Source: Dehalococcoidia bacterium (GTDB taxonomy: Bacteria > Chloroflexota > Dehalococcoidia > Bin125). Taken from it: a stretch of DNA of 64,000 bases. The stretch covers positions 1,460,653-1,524,652 of the forward strand of contig OZ242948.1 in the NCBI GenBank assembly GCA_965211635.1, read 5' to 3'. Position 1 is the first letter of the stretch. The number at the start of each line of letters is the position of its first letter. The notes beneath the pieces were generated by a model, which saw only the letters and a list, made by a program, of their open reading frames with translations, made no database searches and had not been told where the DNA came from. Position numbers and translations under genes: made by a program. Positions 36,206 through 45,937 of this stretch are shown one piece after another.

Positions 36206-36835
36206 ATGCTCGATCACATCGTGCTCGCGACACCCGACGTCCAGGGCTCGGTCGCCGCGATCGAAGCGGCGATTGGCCTGCGACCCGAACTCGGCGGGCA
36301 CTTTCCCGGGCGCGGGGTCTACAACTACCTCTTGGCGTTGCAGGACGACGCCTACCTGGAGATCATCGGTCCCGATCCGGCGCAGCCGAATCCGGAAGGG
36401 CCGCTGCCCTTCGGCATGGACGACTTCGGCGGGCGCGGCGCGCACGTGCCGCACTGGTGCTGCAAGGCCGGGGCGCAGATCGAAGAGCGGGTCGCATCGG
36501 CGAAGGCGGCTGGCTACGACATCGGCGAAGTCCGACCGCTGGGTCGTCAACTGTCCGACGGGACCCGGCTCGACTGGCGCCTGACCCGCACGGTCTGGCC
36601 GCCGCTGTTGGGTGGACTGGTCCCGTTCCTGATCGACTGGGGCGACGCGCGGCACCCGTCGACCACCGCGGTCACAGGCGCGCGCCTGATCTCGTGGCAC
36701 GGCGAGCATCCCGACCTCGCCGCCGTGCGCCGCGCTCACGACGCGTTGGGAGTCGAGCTTGAGCTTCGCGAAGGTCCCACATCGGCGCTGGTCGCGGTGA
36801 TCGAGGGGCCGGGCGGATCGATTACGTTGCGATGA
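36206..36835 (+). CDS. VOC family protein (tandem paralog)
   Basis: MLDHIVLATPDVQGSV...; about 65% identical to the upstream copy; GAGAGG ribosome-binding site. Confidence 0.65.
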   Translation: MLDHIVLATPDVQGSVAAIEAAIGLRPELGGHFPGRGVYNYLLALQDDAYLEIIGPDPAQPNPEGPLPFGMDDFGGRGAHVPHWCCKAGAQIEERVASAKAAGYDIGEVRPLGRQLSDGTRLDWRLTRTVWPPLLGGLVPFLIDWGDARHPSTTAVTGARLISWHGEHPDLAAVRRAHDALGVELELREGPTSALVAVIEGPGGSITLR

Positions 36836-36858
36836 CGCACGGCAGGAAGGACTGAACG

Positions 36859-37917
36859 ATGAAACTCGGACTCTCGCTGGGCTACTCCGGCGCGAACATG
36901 ACACTGCCCGTGGATACGGTTCGGCGGGCGGAAGAGCTGGGCTACGACTCCGTCTGGACGGCGGAAGCCTACGGCTCCGACGCGTTCTCGCCGTTGGCCT
37001 ACCTGGCCGCGGTGACGGACAAGATCCGCCTGGGCACGGGTGTGATCCAACTCGCCGGGCGGACCGCCGCCAATGCGGCGATGACGGCGGCGACGATCGA
37101 CGCGCTGGCAGGCGGCGACCGGGTGATCCTGGGCATTGGCGTCTCGGGTCCGCAGATCGTCGAGGGCTGGTACGGCGAGCCCTGGGGCAAGCCCAACACC
37201 CGAATCCGCGACTACGTGGCGATCATCCGCAAGATCCTCGCCCGCGAGGAGCCGGTCGAGCACGACGGCAAGGAAATCCAACTGCCGTTCACCGGCCCCG
37301 GCAGCCTCGGACTGGGCAAGCCACTCAAGTCGATTCTGCACATGAATCCCAACATCCCGATCTGGCTGGGCACCGGCACCGAGATGAACGTGCGCATGAC
37401 CGGTGAGGTCGCCGACGGCTGGCTGCCGCTGGGCCTGACGCCGTACAACGCCGACGTGTTCTTCCCCTGGGTCGAGGAGGGCTTCAAGCGGTCTGAGGCC
37501 AAGAGCGGCTCGCCGAAGTGGTGGCCCGACTTCGAGGTCCAGTCGTCGGCCAATGTCGAGATCACCGACGACCTGCGCGACGCGTTCCGCAAGATGAAGC
37601 CGGGCGTGGCGCTCTACGTCGGCGGGATGGGGCACCGCACGATCAACTTCCACAAGATGAGCATGGTCCGCCGCGGCTACGGCGACGCCGCCGAGCGCAT
37701 CCAGGAGCTCTACCTGGAAGGCCGCAAGGCCGAGGCGATCGAGGAGGTGCCGGAGGACTTCCTCGACGAGCAGGCGCTGCTCGGTCCGCCGGCGCGGATC
37801 AGGGAGCGCTACCAGGCCTGGGCAGACAGCTACATCACCGGCCTCACCGTCCGCACCGACCAACCGGAGGCAATGGAACTGATGGCGAAACTGGCCCGAG
37901 AATCATCGGGGGCGTAA
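36859..37917 (+). CDS. LLM-class F420-dependent oxidoreductase
   Basis: MKLGLSLGYSG...VWTAEAYG luciferase-like TIM-barrel N-terminus. Confidence 0.8.
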   Translation: MKLGLSLGYSGANMTLPVDTVRRAEELGYDSVWTAEAYGSDAFSPLAYLAAVTDKIRLGTGVIQLAGRTAANAAMTAATIDALAGGDRVILGIGVSGPQIVEGWYGEPWGKPNTRIRDYVAIIRKILAREEPVEHDGKEIQLPFTGPGSLGLGKPLKSILHMNPNIPIWLGTGTEMNVRMTGEVADGWLPLGLTPYNADVFFPWVEEGFKRSEAKSGSPKWWPDFEVQSSANVEITDDLRDAFRKMKPGVALYVGGMGHRTINFHKMSMVRRGYGDAAERIQELYLEGRKAEAIEEVPEDFLDEQALLGPPARIRERYQAWADSYITGLTVRTDQPEAMELMAKLARESSGA

Positions 37918-37972
37918 CGCCTAGCGGAACAGAGTGACGGCGGCACTACGCCACCACTGAAGGGAACGATTC

Positions 37973-38350
37973 ATGTCCGACGCGGAAGCGATCGTCAACG
38001 CATTCATGGCCGAGTTCGACGCCGAGCACCCCGACGCCGAGAAGCTGGCGTCCTACTTCACGGACGACGCGGTCTACCACAACATGCCGATGGCTCCGGC
38101 CGAGGGCATCGAGGCGGTCAAGGCGGCGTTGGCCGGCGTCTCGCAGATGACCTCCAGAGGCTGGGAAGTGCTGCACTCGGCGGCGAATGGCGATGTCGTG
38201 CTGAACGAGCGGGTCGACCGATTTGACATGGGCGGCACAGAGGTTGCCGTGCAAGTCTGCGGCGTGTTCGAGCTCCGCGACGGTAAGATCGCCCGCTGGC
38301 GCGACTACTTCGACATGGCCTCATTCCAGAAGCAGATGCCCGGCGGGTAG
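37973..38350 (+). CDS. SnoaL-like / limonene-1,2-epoxide hydrolase-like (NTF2 fold)
   Basis: 125 aa; FTDDAVYHNMP...E.RDGKIARWRDYFD pattern of the LEH/SnoaL family. Confidence 0.6.
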   Translation: MSDAEAIVNAFMAEFDAEHPDAEKLASYFTDDAVYHNMPMAPAEGIEAVKAALAGVSQMTSRGWEVLHSAANGDVVLNERVDRFDMGGTEVAVQVCGVFELRDGKIARWRDYFDMASFQKQMPGG

Positions 38351-38359
38351 TGCGAACGA

Positions 38360-38457
38360 CCGTCATACCCGCGCTTGCCGCGGGTATCTCGCCGCAGTTA
38401 ACACGGACGTCGGTGCACATCACGGCGAGATTGCCGCGGCAAGCGCGGCAATGACGG
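38360..38457 (-). repeat. Family A dual-hairpin element, copy 4 (inverted orientation, canonical form)
   Basis: CCGTCATACCCGCGCTTGCCGCGGGTATCTCGCC-spacer-GGCGAGATTGCCGCGGCAAGCGCGGCAATGACGG. Confidence 0.8.
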
Positions 38458-38493
38458 AGTTTGCTTCGGTTCCTCGCTGAGTGTAAGCAGCCG

Positions 38494-39426
38494 TTAGTCC
38501 ATGCCGAAGGCAGCGCGGAGTTCGGCGGCGATCTGGTCGAGGGCCTGGCTGCCTTCGGGGACGGCGGCGAAGGCGCTGACGAAGCCGTGGATCACGCCGT
38601 CGTAGCGCGTGCAACTCGACTGAGTGCCGGCGGCGGCGAGCGCGGCGGCGTAGGCTTCGCCCTCGTCGCGCAGCGAGTCGTACTCGGCCGTGATCGTCAG
38701 GGAGCGCGGCAGGTTGGACAGATCGTCGGCTCGCAGCGGTGACGCGTATGGCTGCGAACCCTCAGAGTCGTCGTTCAGGTAGAGGTCCCAGAACCAGCGC
38801 ATGCCCGCCTCGGAGAGTCCGTACTCGCCGCCGCCGTTGACCTTGTACGACTCGGTCTCGAAGTTGAAGTCGGTGACCGGGTAGATCAGCACCTGCGCGT
38901 CGATCTGCGGTCCGCCGCGATCGCGCGCCATCTGTGAGACGACGGCGGCGAGGTTGCCGCCGGCCGAGTCGCCGGCGACGGCGATGCGGTCGGAGCGCCC
39001 GCCCTGCTGGTCGTACATGCTGTTGATCCAGCAGACGGCGGCGTAGGCGTCTTCGGCCGCCGCCGGATACTTCGCTTCAGGCGCGAGCCGGTAGTCGACC
39101 GACAGCACGCTCATGCCGGCGCGGTTGCAGAGCGCGCGGGCGACGGCGTCGTGCGAGTCGAGGTCGCCGATCACCCAGCCGCCGCCGTGGTAGTAGACGA
39201 TTGTGGGCAGGCCGCTGGGATCGTCGGTGGGCAGGTAGCCGCGCGCGGGGACGTCGCCGGCCGGACCGGGCACGGTCATCTCGTGGACCTGGGCGACGGG
39301 CTCGGGTTCCGTTGGCGGGCGCAGGGCTGCCATCGCCTCGCGCGCTTCCTGCGGCGACATCTCGTTGAACGCCGGCGCGCCGGCGCGCATGTCGAGGATC
39401 GCCTGGGTTTCAGCGGTGACGGGCAT
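38494..39426 (-). CDS. Alpha/beta hydrolase, HSL-type esterase/lipase
   Basis: HGGGW oxyanion motif; GDSAGG nucleophile; start 39426 with AAGGAG ribosome-binding site. Confidence 0.8.
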   Translation of the reverse strand: MPVTAETQAILDMRAGAPAFNEMSPQEAREAMAALRPPTEPEPVAQVHEMTVPGPAGDVPARGYLPTDDPSGLPTIVYYHGGGWVIGDLDSHDAVARALCNRAGMSVLSVDYRLAPEAKYPAAAEDAYAAVCWINSMYDQQGGRSDRIAVAGDSAGGNLAAVVSQMARDRGGPQIDAQVLIYPVTDFNFETESYKVNGGGEYGLSEAGMRWFWDLYLNDDSEGSQPYASPLRADDLSNLPRSLTITAEYDSLRDEGEAYAAALAAAGTQSSCTRYDGVIHGFVSAFAAVPEGSQALDQIAAELRAAFGMD

Positions 39427-39439
39427 CGTGGACTCCTTG

Positions 39440-39700
39440 GTTCCTATTCGCTCCCCCTTCCAGGGGGAGCTGTCACGTAGTGACTGAGGGGGTCCCTCCG
39501 AGTGTCGCGCATTGGCGATCGCTGGACCGGAGCCCCCCTCTGCCTTCGGCATCTCCCCCCGCTCCGCGGGGGGAGAGGAGATTAGCCTTTGGCATCTCCT
39601 CCCGCGTAGCGGGGGGAGAGGAGATTAGCATTCGGCCTTTCCCCCTGCATAGCGGGAGGAGACCGAGCGGGTCCCCGAGTAAATCGGGGACTGGACGCGT
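39440..39700. repeat. Cluster of five or more family B hairpin units
   Basis: CCCCTTCCAGGGGGAGCTGTCACGTAGTGACTGAGGGGGTCC; GGAGCCCCCCTCTGCCTTCGGCATCTCCCCCCGCTCCGCGGGGGGAGAGGAGATTAGC x2; ... Confidence 0.75.
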
Positions 39701-39703
39701 TGA

Positions 39704-40630
39704 TCAGATCCGCGCGTTGATGAAGGCGGCGGCTTCTTTCAGACATTCGACCCCGGTGGGAATGACCGCGAACATCATGAACGGGTCGTGGACGACGCCG
39801 TCGTAGCGATGCACGCTGACCTCGGTGCCGGCAGCCTCGAGCGCGGCGCCGTAGGCCTCGCCCTCATCGCGCAAGGGGTCGTACTCGGCGGTCTGGACCA
39901 GCGCCGGCGGCAAACTCGAGAGGTCGGCGGCCTTGAGAGGCGATGCGTAGGCCTCCTGGCCGTCGGCGTCGCTGTTCAGGTAGTGGTCCCAGAACCAGAC
40001 CATCGAGGCGCGCGTGAGCAGCATGCCCTCGGCGTTCTCGGTGTAGGAGGGGTAGCTGTAGTTGTGATCGGTGACTGGGACGTGCAAGACCTGCGCCGCG
40101 ATCGCCGGGCCGCCCCGGTCGCGGGCCATCTGCGAGACGACGGCGGAGAGGTTGCCTCCGGCAGAGTCGCCGCAAACGGCCATACGCGAGCCGTCGCCGC
40201 CGATCTCGGAGGCATTCTCGGCGACCCACCTGGTCGCTGCGTAGCAGTCCTCGGCGGCCGCCGGGTACTTGTCCTCGGGCGCCAGGCGGTAATGGACGGA
40301 GACGACCACGGCCTCGCCCAACTCGGCCAGGAGCTGTTTGCAGGTGCCGTCGTGCGAGTCGATGTCGCCCAGCACCCAGCCTCCGCCGTGGAAGTACATC
40401 ACGACCGGCAGATTGTCGCCTTCGGAGGCATAGACGCGGACGGGAATGTCGCCGGCGGGACCGGGGACGGTGCGGTCAGCGACGCGGGCGGGTTCAGGCG
40501 CGCCCGCCTGCATGGCGGCGAAGTTGGCGATTGCGGCCCGCGCCTCGGCCGGCGTCTGTTCGGAGATATCGGGGCCGCCGGCCTCTTCGAGCATGGCGAG
40601 CAGTCCCTGGGTTTCCGGGGTTGGTGGCAT
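39704..40630 (-). CDS. Alpha/beta hydrolase, HSL-type esterase (paralog)
   Basis: HGGGW; GDSAGG; about 60% identical to 38494-39426. Confidence 0.8.
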   Translation of the reverse strand: MPPTPETQGLLAMLEEAGGPDISEQTPAEARAAIANFAAMQAGAPEPARVADRTVPGPAGDIPVRVYASEGDNLPVVMYFHGGGWVLGDIDSHDGTCKQLLAELGEAVVVSVHYRLAPEDKYPAAAEDCYAATRWVAENASEIGGDGSRMAVCGDSAGGNLSAVVSQMARDRGGPAIAAQVLHVPVTDHNYSYPSYTENAEGMLLTRASMVWFWDHYLNSDADGQEAYASPLKAADLSSLPPALVQTAEYDPLRDEGEAYGAALEAAGTEVSVHRYDGVVHDPFMMFAVIPTGVECLKEAAAFINARI

Positions 40631-40715
40631 GATTCACTCCTTGTTGTGGTGCGCGGTGTTCGAAAGTGATTGTGCGCATTTGGCGCAACCAGGACAGGAT
40701 ACGAGGTCGCAGCAG

Positions 40716-41063
40716 CTAGGGGGCTGGCGGCAACAGGCCAAACAGGCGCCGTTTCCTGGCAGGCGGATTGCGTCGTTCCTGGACTTGCTGGGCTGCGAGC
40801 TGGATCAGCTCCATCATCCCGCGCGCGGACCAGCGATCCTGCTCCAGCCAGGCGGCCAGCCTGGCGTCAGCCGCTGCGACGCTGCCGTCGATCCGCCGAT
40901 CGTGGAAGCGTTCCAGTCGGCGTACGATTCGGTATGCAGTGAGGGAGACCTTGACCACTGCCACGAGGAACAGGAACGCCGCGAGTGCGGCTCCGATCCC
41001 GGCCAGAATCAGCACGGCGTCGCGCAGTTCTGCGAGATCGTCGAAGACCGCTAGCTCGAGCAT
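40716..41063 (-). CDS. Hypothetical membrane protein
   Basis: One strong TM helix (ILAGIGAALAAFLFLVAVV); no recognisable domain. Confidence 0.4.
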   Translation of the reverse strand: MLELAVFDDLAELRDAVLILAGIGAALAAFLFLVAVVKVSLTAYRIVRRLERFHDRRIDGSVAAADARLAAWLEQDRWSARGMMELIQLAAQQVQERRNPPARKRRLFGLLPPAP

Positions 41064-41198
41064 CGGTTAGCCTGTCCTGCGGAGGTCGACGATGCCAAAG
41101 CGAGGACCCGCCGAGAGTCTCATCCTATTCCAACTGCTACTGGGCGCCGGTTTCCTCGGGATGGTCGTCTGGACCATCCTGGCCTGGGCGGGCGCGTT

Positions 41199-41480
41199 CT
41201 AGGCGAAGGCGACGATCAGGCCGACGCCAAGAACATATCCAGCGAGCAGAATCCCCACCGCTTGATTGATGTGTCTTGCCATCCTGGCTTCGGATTCTGC
41301 TATCGCTCGTAACAATTGCTCGTGCATCGACGCGAGCCGGTCGTTGTTGGGATAAGCAGACAACGCTTCATCGAGCTGCGAGTCCATTTCTTCGATGAAC
41401 TGGGTCGCGACCGTCTCGGAGGCGATCTCGCCTCGCACCATGATGGACCTTAACCGACCGGCGTTGAAGACTGCCATCAC
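41199..41480 (-). CDS. Hypothetical small protein with C-terminal TM helix
   Basis: 93 aa; C-terminal AVGILLAGYVLGVGLIVAFA. Confidence 0.4.
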   Translation of the reverse strand: MMAVFNAGRLRSIMVRGEIASETVATQFIEEMDSQLDEALSAYPNNDRLASMHEQLLRAIAESEARMARHINQAVGILLAGYVLGVGLIVAFA

Positions 41481-41519
41481 TTGTCCTGTCTGACTGGATT
41501 GTAGCCAATACTGACTGGA

Positions 41520-42686
41520 CTACGCGAAGTAGCGACCCTGGATGTTGCGCGCGATCACCATTCGCTGGATCTGATTCGCGCCTTCGAAGATCTGGAAGAT
41601 CTTGGCGTCGCGCATCCACTTTTCGAGCGGGAGTTCTCGCATGAAGCCGACACCACCGCAGACCTGCACCGCGTCGGTGGTGATCTTCATCGCCATGTCC
41701 GAGGCGAACGTCTTTGCCTTGCTCGCCTCTTCCAGGTCGAAGGGTTGGTTCGAGGCGGCCATTTCGCCTGCCCGCCAGGTCAGTAGGCGGGCGGCGTCGA
41801 TGGCGATGTCCATGTCGGCGAGCATGAAGCCCACACCCTGGTGCTCGATCAACGGGCGGCTCATCGTCTTACGTTCGCGGGCGTAGTCGGCGGCGTACTC
41901 GAACGCGGCGCGGGCGAGACCGACCGCGAACGCCCCGATCCAAGGCCGCGTCGCCGCCAGCGTGCCAAGCGCTCCGCGACCGCCTGAGCGGTAATCGGGA
42001 TCCGGGTCCCCGAGCCGGTTCTCCAGCGGAATGCGCACGTCGTCGAAGGCCAGGTCGGCGGTGTGCGAGGCGCGGATGCCCATCTTCTCCCAGACCTTGA
42101 TTTGGCTGAACCCCTCGGCGTCCTTGGGCACGACGAAGGCCGAGACGTCGCGCCAGCCTTCGGAGTCGGACTCGCGTGCGAACACCACAGTGAGATCGGC
42201 GATGCCGCCGCCGGTGATAAATCGCTTGGTGCCGTTGATCACGTACTCGTCACCGTCGCGTGTGGCGCGCGTCTTGATCATGCCGGCGTCGGAACCGGCG
42301 TCGGGTTCCGTCAGGGCGAGTGCGCCGAGACGCAGCTGGCCGTCCTCCGACGTGCATTCGGGAATCCAGCGCTCGTTTTGCTCGGGCGTGCCGATTACCG
42401 AGATCGCGGTCGCCGCGAGCCCGGAAACCTGAGTGCCCAACGCGATGCCGGCGCAGCCCCAGCTCAGCTCCTCCGCGGTGATCATCGCGGTGATTCCCGG
42501 CACCGCCGAGTGTCCGCCCAACGGGACCCCGGTCAAACCAATCTCGGCCGCCTTCGAGGCCACGTCCCAGGCGTACTCGTCGCGCTCGTCGTACTCCATC
42601 GCGACGGGCCGCACTTCTCTGGCGGCAAAGTCGTGCGCTGTCTGCTGCACCATGCGGTCGGCTTCGGAGAGTTGGAAGGTAGTCAT
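41520..42686 (-). CDS. Acyl-CoA dehydrogenase
   Basis: ACAD fold motifs (GG.G...E.GAGSD; C-terminal YEG...IQ.); start MTTFQLSEAD at 42686. Confidence 0.85.
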   Translation of the reverse strand: MTTFQLSEADRMVQQTAHDFAAREVRPVAMEYDERDEYAWDVASKAAEIGLTGVPLGGHSAVPGITAMITAEELSWGCAGIALGTQVSGLAATAISVIGTPEQNERWIPECTSEDGQLRLGALALTEPDAGSDAGMIKTRATRDGDEYVINGTKRFITGGGIADLTVVFARESDSEGWRDVSAFVVPKDAEGFSQIKVWEKMGIRASHTADLAFDDVRIPLENRLGDPDPDYRSGGRGALGTLAATRPWIGAFAVGLARAAFEYAADYARERKTMSRPLIEHQGVGFMLADMDIAIDAARLLTWRAGEMAASNQPFDLEEASKAKTFASDMAMKITTDAVQVCGGVGFMRELPLEKWMRDAKIFQIFEGANQIQRMVIARNIQGRYFA

Positions 42687-42826
42687 CGTCGGGTACGCTC
42701 TCTTCCCGCTCCCCCTCGCAGGGGGAGCTGTCACGGAGTGACTGAGGGGGTCCCCGTCTCGGACGCCATCGGCTCGACCCGATCTTGGAACCCCTTCAGC
42801 CTACGCCAGCTCCCTCCCCAGTCCAA

Positions 42827-43075
42827 TCAAGTTCGGGGCTGGCTCTGCGAGGGAGAGCGAGACGGTCGAGACTGTTGCAGGGGTGGCAGCCGATTGAGCA
42901 ACCGCGCCGTCGCCTGCTCGATCTCGTCCACCGCTTGCTCAAACGCCGCCTCGTTCTTCGCCGTGGGACGCGGCATCCCGCTCACCTTGCGCACATATTG
43001 ACGCGCCGCTACGCGCACCTCAACCGCGCCGGCCGGACCCTCCGTCAGCCGCAGCCGCTTGATTGATCTGCACAT
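42827..43075 (-). CDS. DUF2277 family small protein
   Basis: MCRSIKRLRLTEGPAGAVEVRVAARQYVRKVSGMPRPTAKNEAAFEQAVDEIEQATARLL begins with the family-typical MCRNI-like start; hidden inside a longer spurious ORF in the track. Confidence 0.55.
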   Translation of the reverse strand: MCRSIKRLRLTEGPAGAVEVRVAARQYVRKVSGMPRPTAKNEAAFEQAVDEIEQATARLLNRLPPLQQSRPSRSPSQSQPRT

Positions 43076-43099
43076 GGCGAGCCCCTTTCGTTGCCAACA

Positions 43100-43205
43100 T
43101 TCGGCGCCTGGGTGTAGGGGTGACCCTTGTGGTCGCCCGCCGGTCGGTCCTACCGGGTGGATGACCATACGCGGGCGACCACAAGGGTCGCCCCTACGCG
43201 GATCT
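43100..43205. repeat. Family D long imperfect palindrome (GGGCGACCCTTGTGGTCGCCCGC ... GCGGGCGACCACAAGGGTCGCCCCTAC)
   Basis: The two arms are reverse complements; a second copy lies at 51330-51480. Confidence 0.75.
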
Positions 43206-43220
43206 CGGGAACGCCGATGA

Positions 43221-44072
43221 TCAGAACCCCGTGAACTTCGGCTCCCGGCGCTCGACGAAGGACTGCACGCCCTCGATCCGGTCGAAGGAGTTTTGGACCA
43301 GTGGGAGGACACCACCGGAGAGTTCGAGGGCTGACTCGTAGTCGAGATTGGCCGTCCGGTAGGCCATCAGCTTGCCCACCTTTTGGCCGATCGGCGGGCC
43401 ATTCTCGACCTCCTGGGCGAACTCGCGCAACTGCTCCTGGAAGTCCTCAGGCTCGACCAGGTAGTTGCTGACGCCGGCCTCGTGGCCTTCCTCGGCGCTC
43501 ATGAAGCGGCCGGTGAACATCAGCTCCATCGACTTGCGCCAACCGATGATCTTGGGGATCGCCCAGAACCCGCCGAGATCCGCGTATAGGCCGCGCTTCA
43601 CGTATGCGACCTGGTAGCGTGCGTTCTTCGAAGCGACCAGCAGGTCGGCGAGGCAGGCCATATCGAATCCGGCGCCGACGCAGGCGCCGTTGACGCCGGC
43701 GATCACGGGGATATCGAGCCGCCGCAACTCGGCGAATGTCTTGGTCTCGTAGCGAAAGTTGAGCCGCTGGCCCTCGTTGTCGGGATGACCCTCCGGCGCA
43801 GGATTGCCCACCAACGGGTCGGGATTGTCGTCCCAGAAGTCGATCCCTCGCGCGCCGCCGCCGTGATCCATGCCTGCGCAGAATCCCCGCCCCTTGCCGG
43901 TGATCACGAGCACGCGGGCCGTGCGGTACATGCGGATCTTGGTGAGCGCGTCGAGCATCTCGGCGAGCATCGGAAAGGTCAGCGCGTTCAACTTCTCGGG
44001 ACGGTTGAACTCCATCCAAATCGTGCCGTCCAGGTGGCCGGTCCGCTCCACGGTGATGAATTCGTAGGCCAT
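43221..44072 (-). CDS. Enoyl-CoA hydratase/isomerase (crotonase) family
   Basis: FCAGMD oxyanion-hole segment; G.NGAC.G.G crotonase fold signature. Confidence 0.8.
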   Translation of the reverse strand: MAYEFITVERTGHLDGTIWMEFNRPEKLNALTFPMLAEMLDALTKIRMYRTARVLVITGKGRGFCAGMDHGGGARGIDFWDDNPDPLVGNPAPEGHPDNEGQRLNFRYETKTFAELRRLDIPVIAGVNGACVGAGFDMACLADLLVASKNARYQVAYVKRGLYADLGGFWAIPKIIGWRKSMELMFTGRFMSAEEGHEAGVSNYLVEPEDFQEQLREFAQEVENGPPIGQKVGKLMAYRTANLDYESALELSGGVLPLVQNSFDRIEGVQSFVERREPKFTGF

Positions 44073-44106
44073 TCGAGTACTCCAGGGTGATGTAGCGTCT
44101 GCCGAA

Positions 44107-45126
44107 CTACTGGAAGTGCGGCATGACATCGTTGGTAAAGCGGACGAACGAGTCGTGCGAAAAGGGCGAGGCGATCAGGTAGTCGAGGTCGATCGTCTCG
44201 CGTAGCTCCTCGATCTGATCAATCACCTTGGATGGGCTGCCGTGAATCACGACCTGGTTCGCATAGCGATCCACGCGATCGTCTACGGACAACTGTCTCG
44301 TCGGACTCGAGTTGCCGCTGACCTTCTCGTTGGCGTATGAACCGATCGTCCACTGCGCGCCGTTGATTGCGATCTGTTCGGCTTCCTCGTCGGTCTCGGC
44401 GACGGCGATCAGGCGGGCCATGGGGATCACGCGATCATCAGTCTCGTGTGAGTAGCTCTCGAGCGCCTTGAAGTAGTTGCGGCGCTTCGCGCCCAGTTCC
44501 TCGTGCGTGGCGTGCGGGTCCATGAGGATTGAGTAGCCCTGTTTGGCCGCCCAATCGATCGCATCAGGTCCGCCGGCGGCGACCCAGAACGGCGGCGTCG
44601 GCTGCTGATGCGGCTTGGGCAGTACCTCGATTTCGTCGAAGTCGAAGTAGTCGCCGTGCCAGGTGATCCGCTCTTGCCGCCAGGCTTCGAGCACGACCTG
44701 GACCGACTCGCGGAAGCGGGGATACGACTCCTCGAAGTCGACGCCGAAGACACGGAACTCGGTGCGATCAAAGCCGCGTCCCGCGCCCCAGTTGACGCGG
44801 CCGCCGGAGAGGATGTCGAGCAGCGCCACTTCCTCGGCGATCCGCAGCGGATGGTAGAACGAGGCCAGCGTCACTGCCGTGCCGATGCGGATACTCTTCG
44901 TCCGTCCCGCGACGTGCATGCCCATCAGGTGGACGGAGGGGCAGACCGAGTATGTGGAAAAGTGATGCTCGGCCAGCCAGACGCAGTCGTAGCCCGTCTC
45001 GTCCATGATGTCGATGCGGTTGAGGGCGCGCTCGTAGACCGTCTGCAGCGGCACACGTCGTCCCGGCCAGCTAAAGAACTGCAGCACACCGAACTTCATC
45101 GGATCGAGGGCGGCCGACATGGGCAC
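44107..45126 (-). CDS. LLM-class flavin-dependent oxidoreductase (start uncertain: 45126 / 45120 / 45099)
   Basis: MKFGVLQFF...VWLAEHH. Confidence 0.8.
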   Translation of the reverse strand: MPMSAALDPMKFGVLQFFSWPGRRVPLQTVYERALNRIDIMDETGYDCVWLAEHHFSTYSVCPSVHLMGMHVAGRTKSIRIGTAVTLASFYHPLRIAEEVALLDILSGGRVNWGAGRGFDRTEFRVFGVDFEESYPRFRESVQVVLEAWRQERITWHGDYFDFDEIEVLPKPHQQPTPPFWVAAGGPDAIDWAAKQGYSILMDPHATHEELGAKRRNYFKALESYSHETDDRVIPMARLIAVAETDEEAEQIAINGAQWTIGSYANEKVSGNSSPTRQLSVDDRVDRYANQVVIHGSPSKVIDQIEELRETIDLDYLIASPFSHDSFVRFTNDVMPHFQ

Positions 45127-45156
45127 AGGGTAACCGCCCCTCGCAACGACCCCGAA

Positions 45157-45864
45157 TCAGCGCCAGATCTTCGCGCAATCCAGTGTGAAGCCCTCGAGGA
45201 CACTCTCGCCTGAGAGCGTCGGCGGCCGATCCAGTTCCTCGGGTTCATCCTGTCCGGCTCGGTAGATCCAGGCCTTGCCTCGCCTGCGGTCGATCAACCA
45301 ACCGAGCTGGACGCCGTAGCTCATCCACTCGCGCACTTTGCGTTTCTGCGGAGCGACCGACTGCTTCGCTGAGATGAGCTCGACAACAAATGGAGGACAG
45401 AGCGAAAACTCGCCTGTCTCGTAGTCGTCGTCACTGATCTCGTCCAACATCTCCTGCGAAATCCAGGAGACGTCCGGCTCCCGCGATGGCCGCTTCTCTT
45501 CGAGTTCCGGCGGCGGCGTTGGTCCGAGCCGATAGCCGGCGCTGGAATCGCGGACTTCGCCGCGGCCGCCTGCGTCAACCCAGTACGTCAACTGGGTACT
45601 GATGCGTGTGCCCATAGCGGAGCTTGGACCATGTGGTACGGGGACGATGACGAGGTCTCCTTCCGCCGTCCGTTCGAACGACAGCCCTTCGTTCAGTTCG
45701 TAGATCTCGAAGAGTGCTTGATCGGTCAGCCGCCACTGCGGGGGTAATCGCAGGACGATGGGATCGTCGACTTCCGACCGGACATCGGGTGCGTCAAGGC
45801 TTGGAGACGGCGAGATCTCCTCGTCTTGCACCTTCGTCTGAGTCTTCCCAGCAGTCGTGACCAT
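45157..45864 (-). CDS. Uma2-family (DUF820) putative endonuclease
   Basis: Central PD-(D/E)xK-like core typical of Uma2 (D...EL.S....RK); 235 aa with low-complexity N-terminus. Confidence 0.55.
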   Translation of the reverse strand: MVTTAGKTQTKVQDEEISPSPSLDAPDVRSEVDDPIVLRLPPQWRLTDQALFEIYELNEGLSFERTAEGDLVIVPVPHGPSSAMGTRISTQLTYWVDAGGRGEVRDSSAGYRLGPTPPPELEEKRPSREPDVSWISQEMLDEISDDDYETGEFSLCPPFVVELISAKQSVAPQKRKVREWMSYGVQLGWLIDRRRGKAWIYRAGQDEPEELDRPPTLSGESVLEGFTLDCAKIWR

Positions 45865-45937
45865 GATGGCTCCCTACGGTCCTCGCCATACTATCTGCAA
45901 CATTGAGCATCCGTTCTGAATCGAGAACGAAGGCTCC

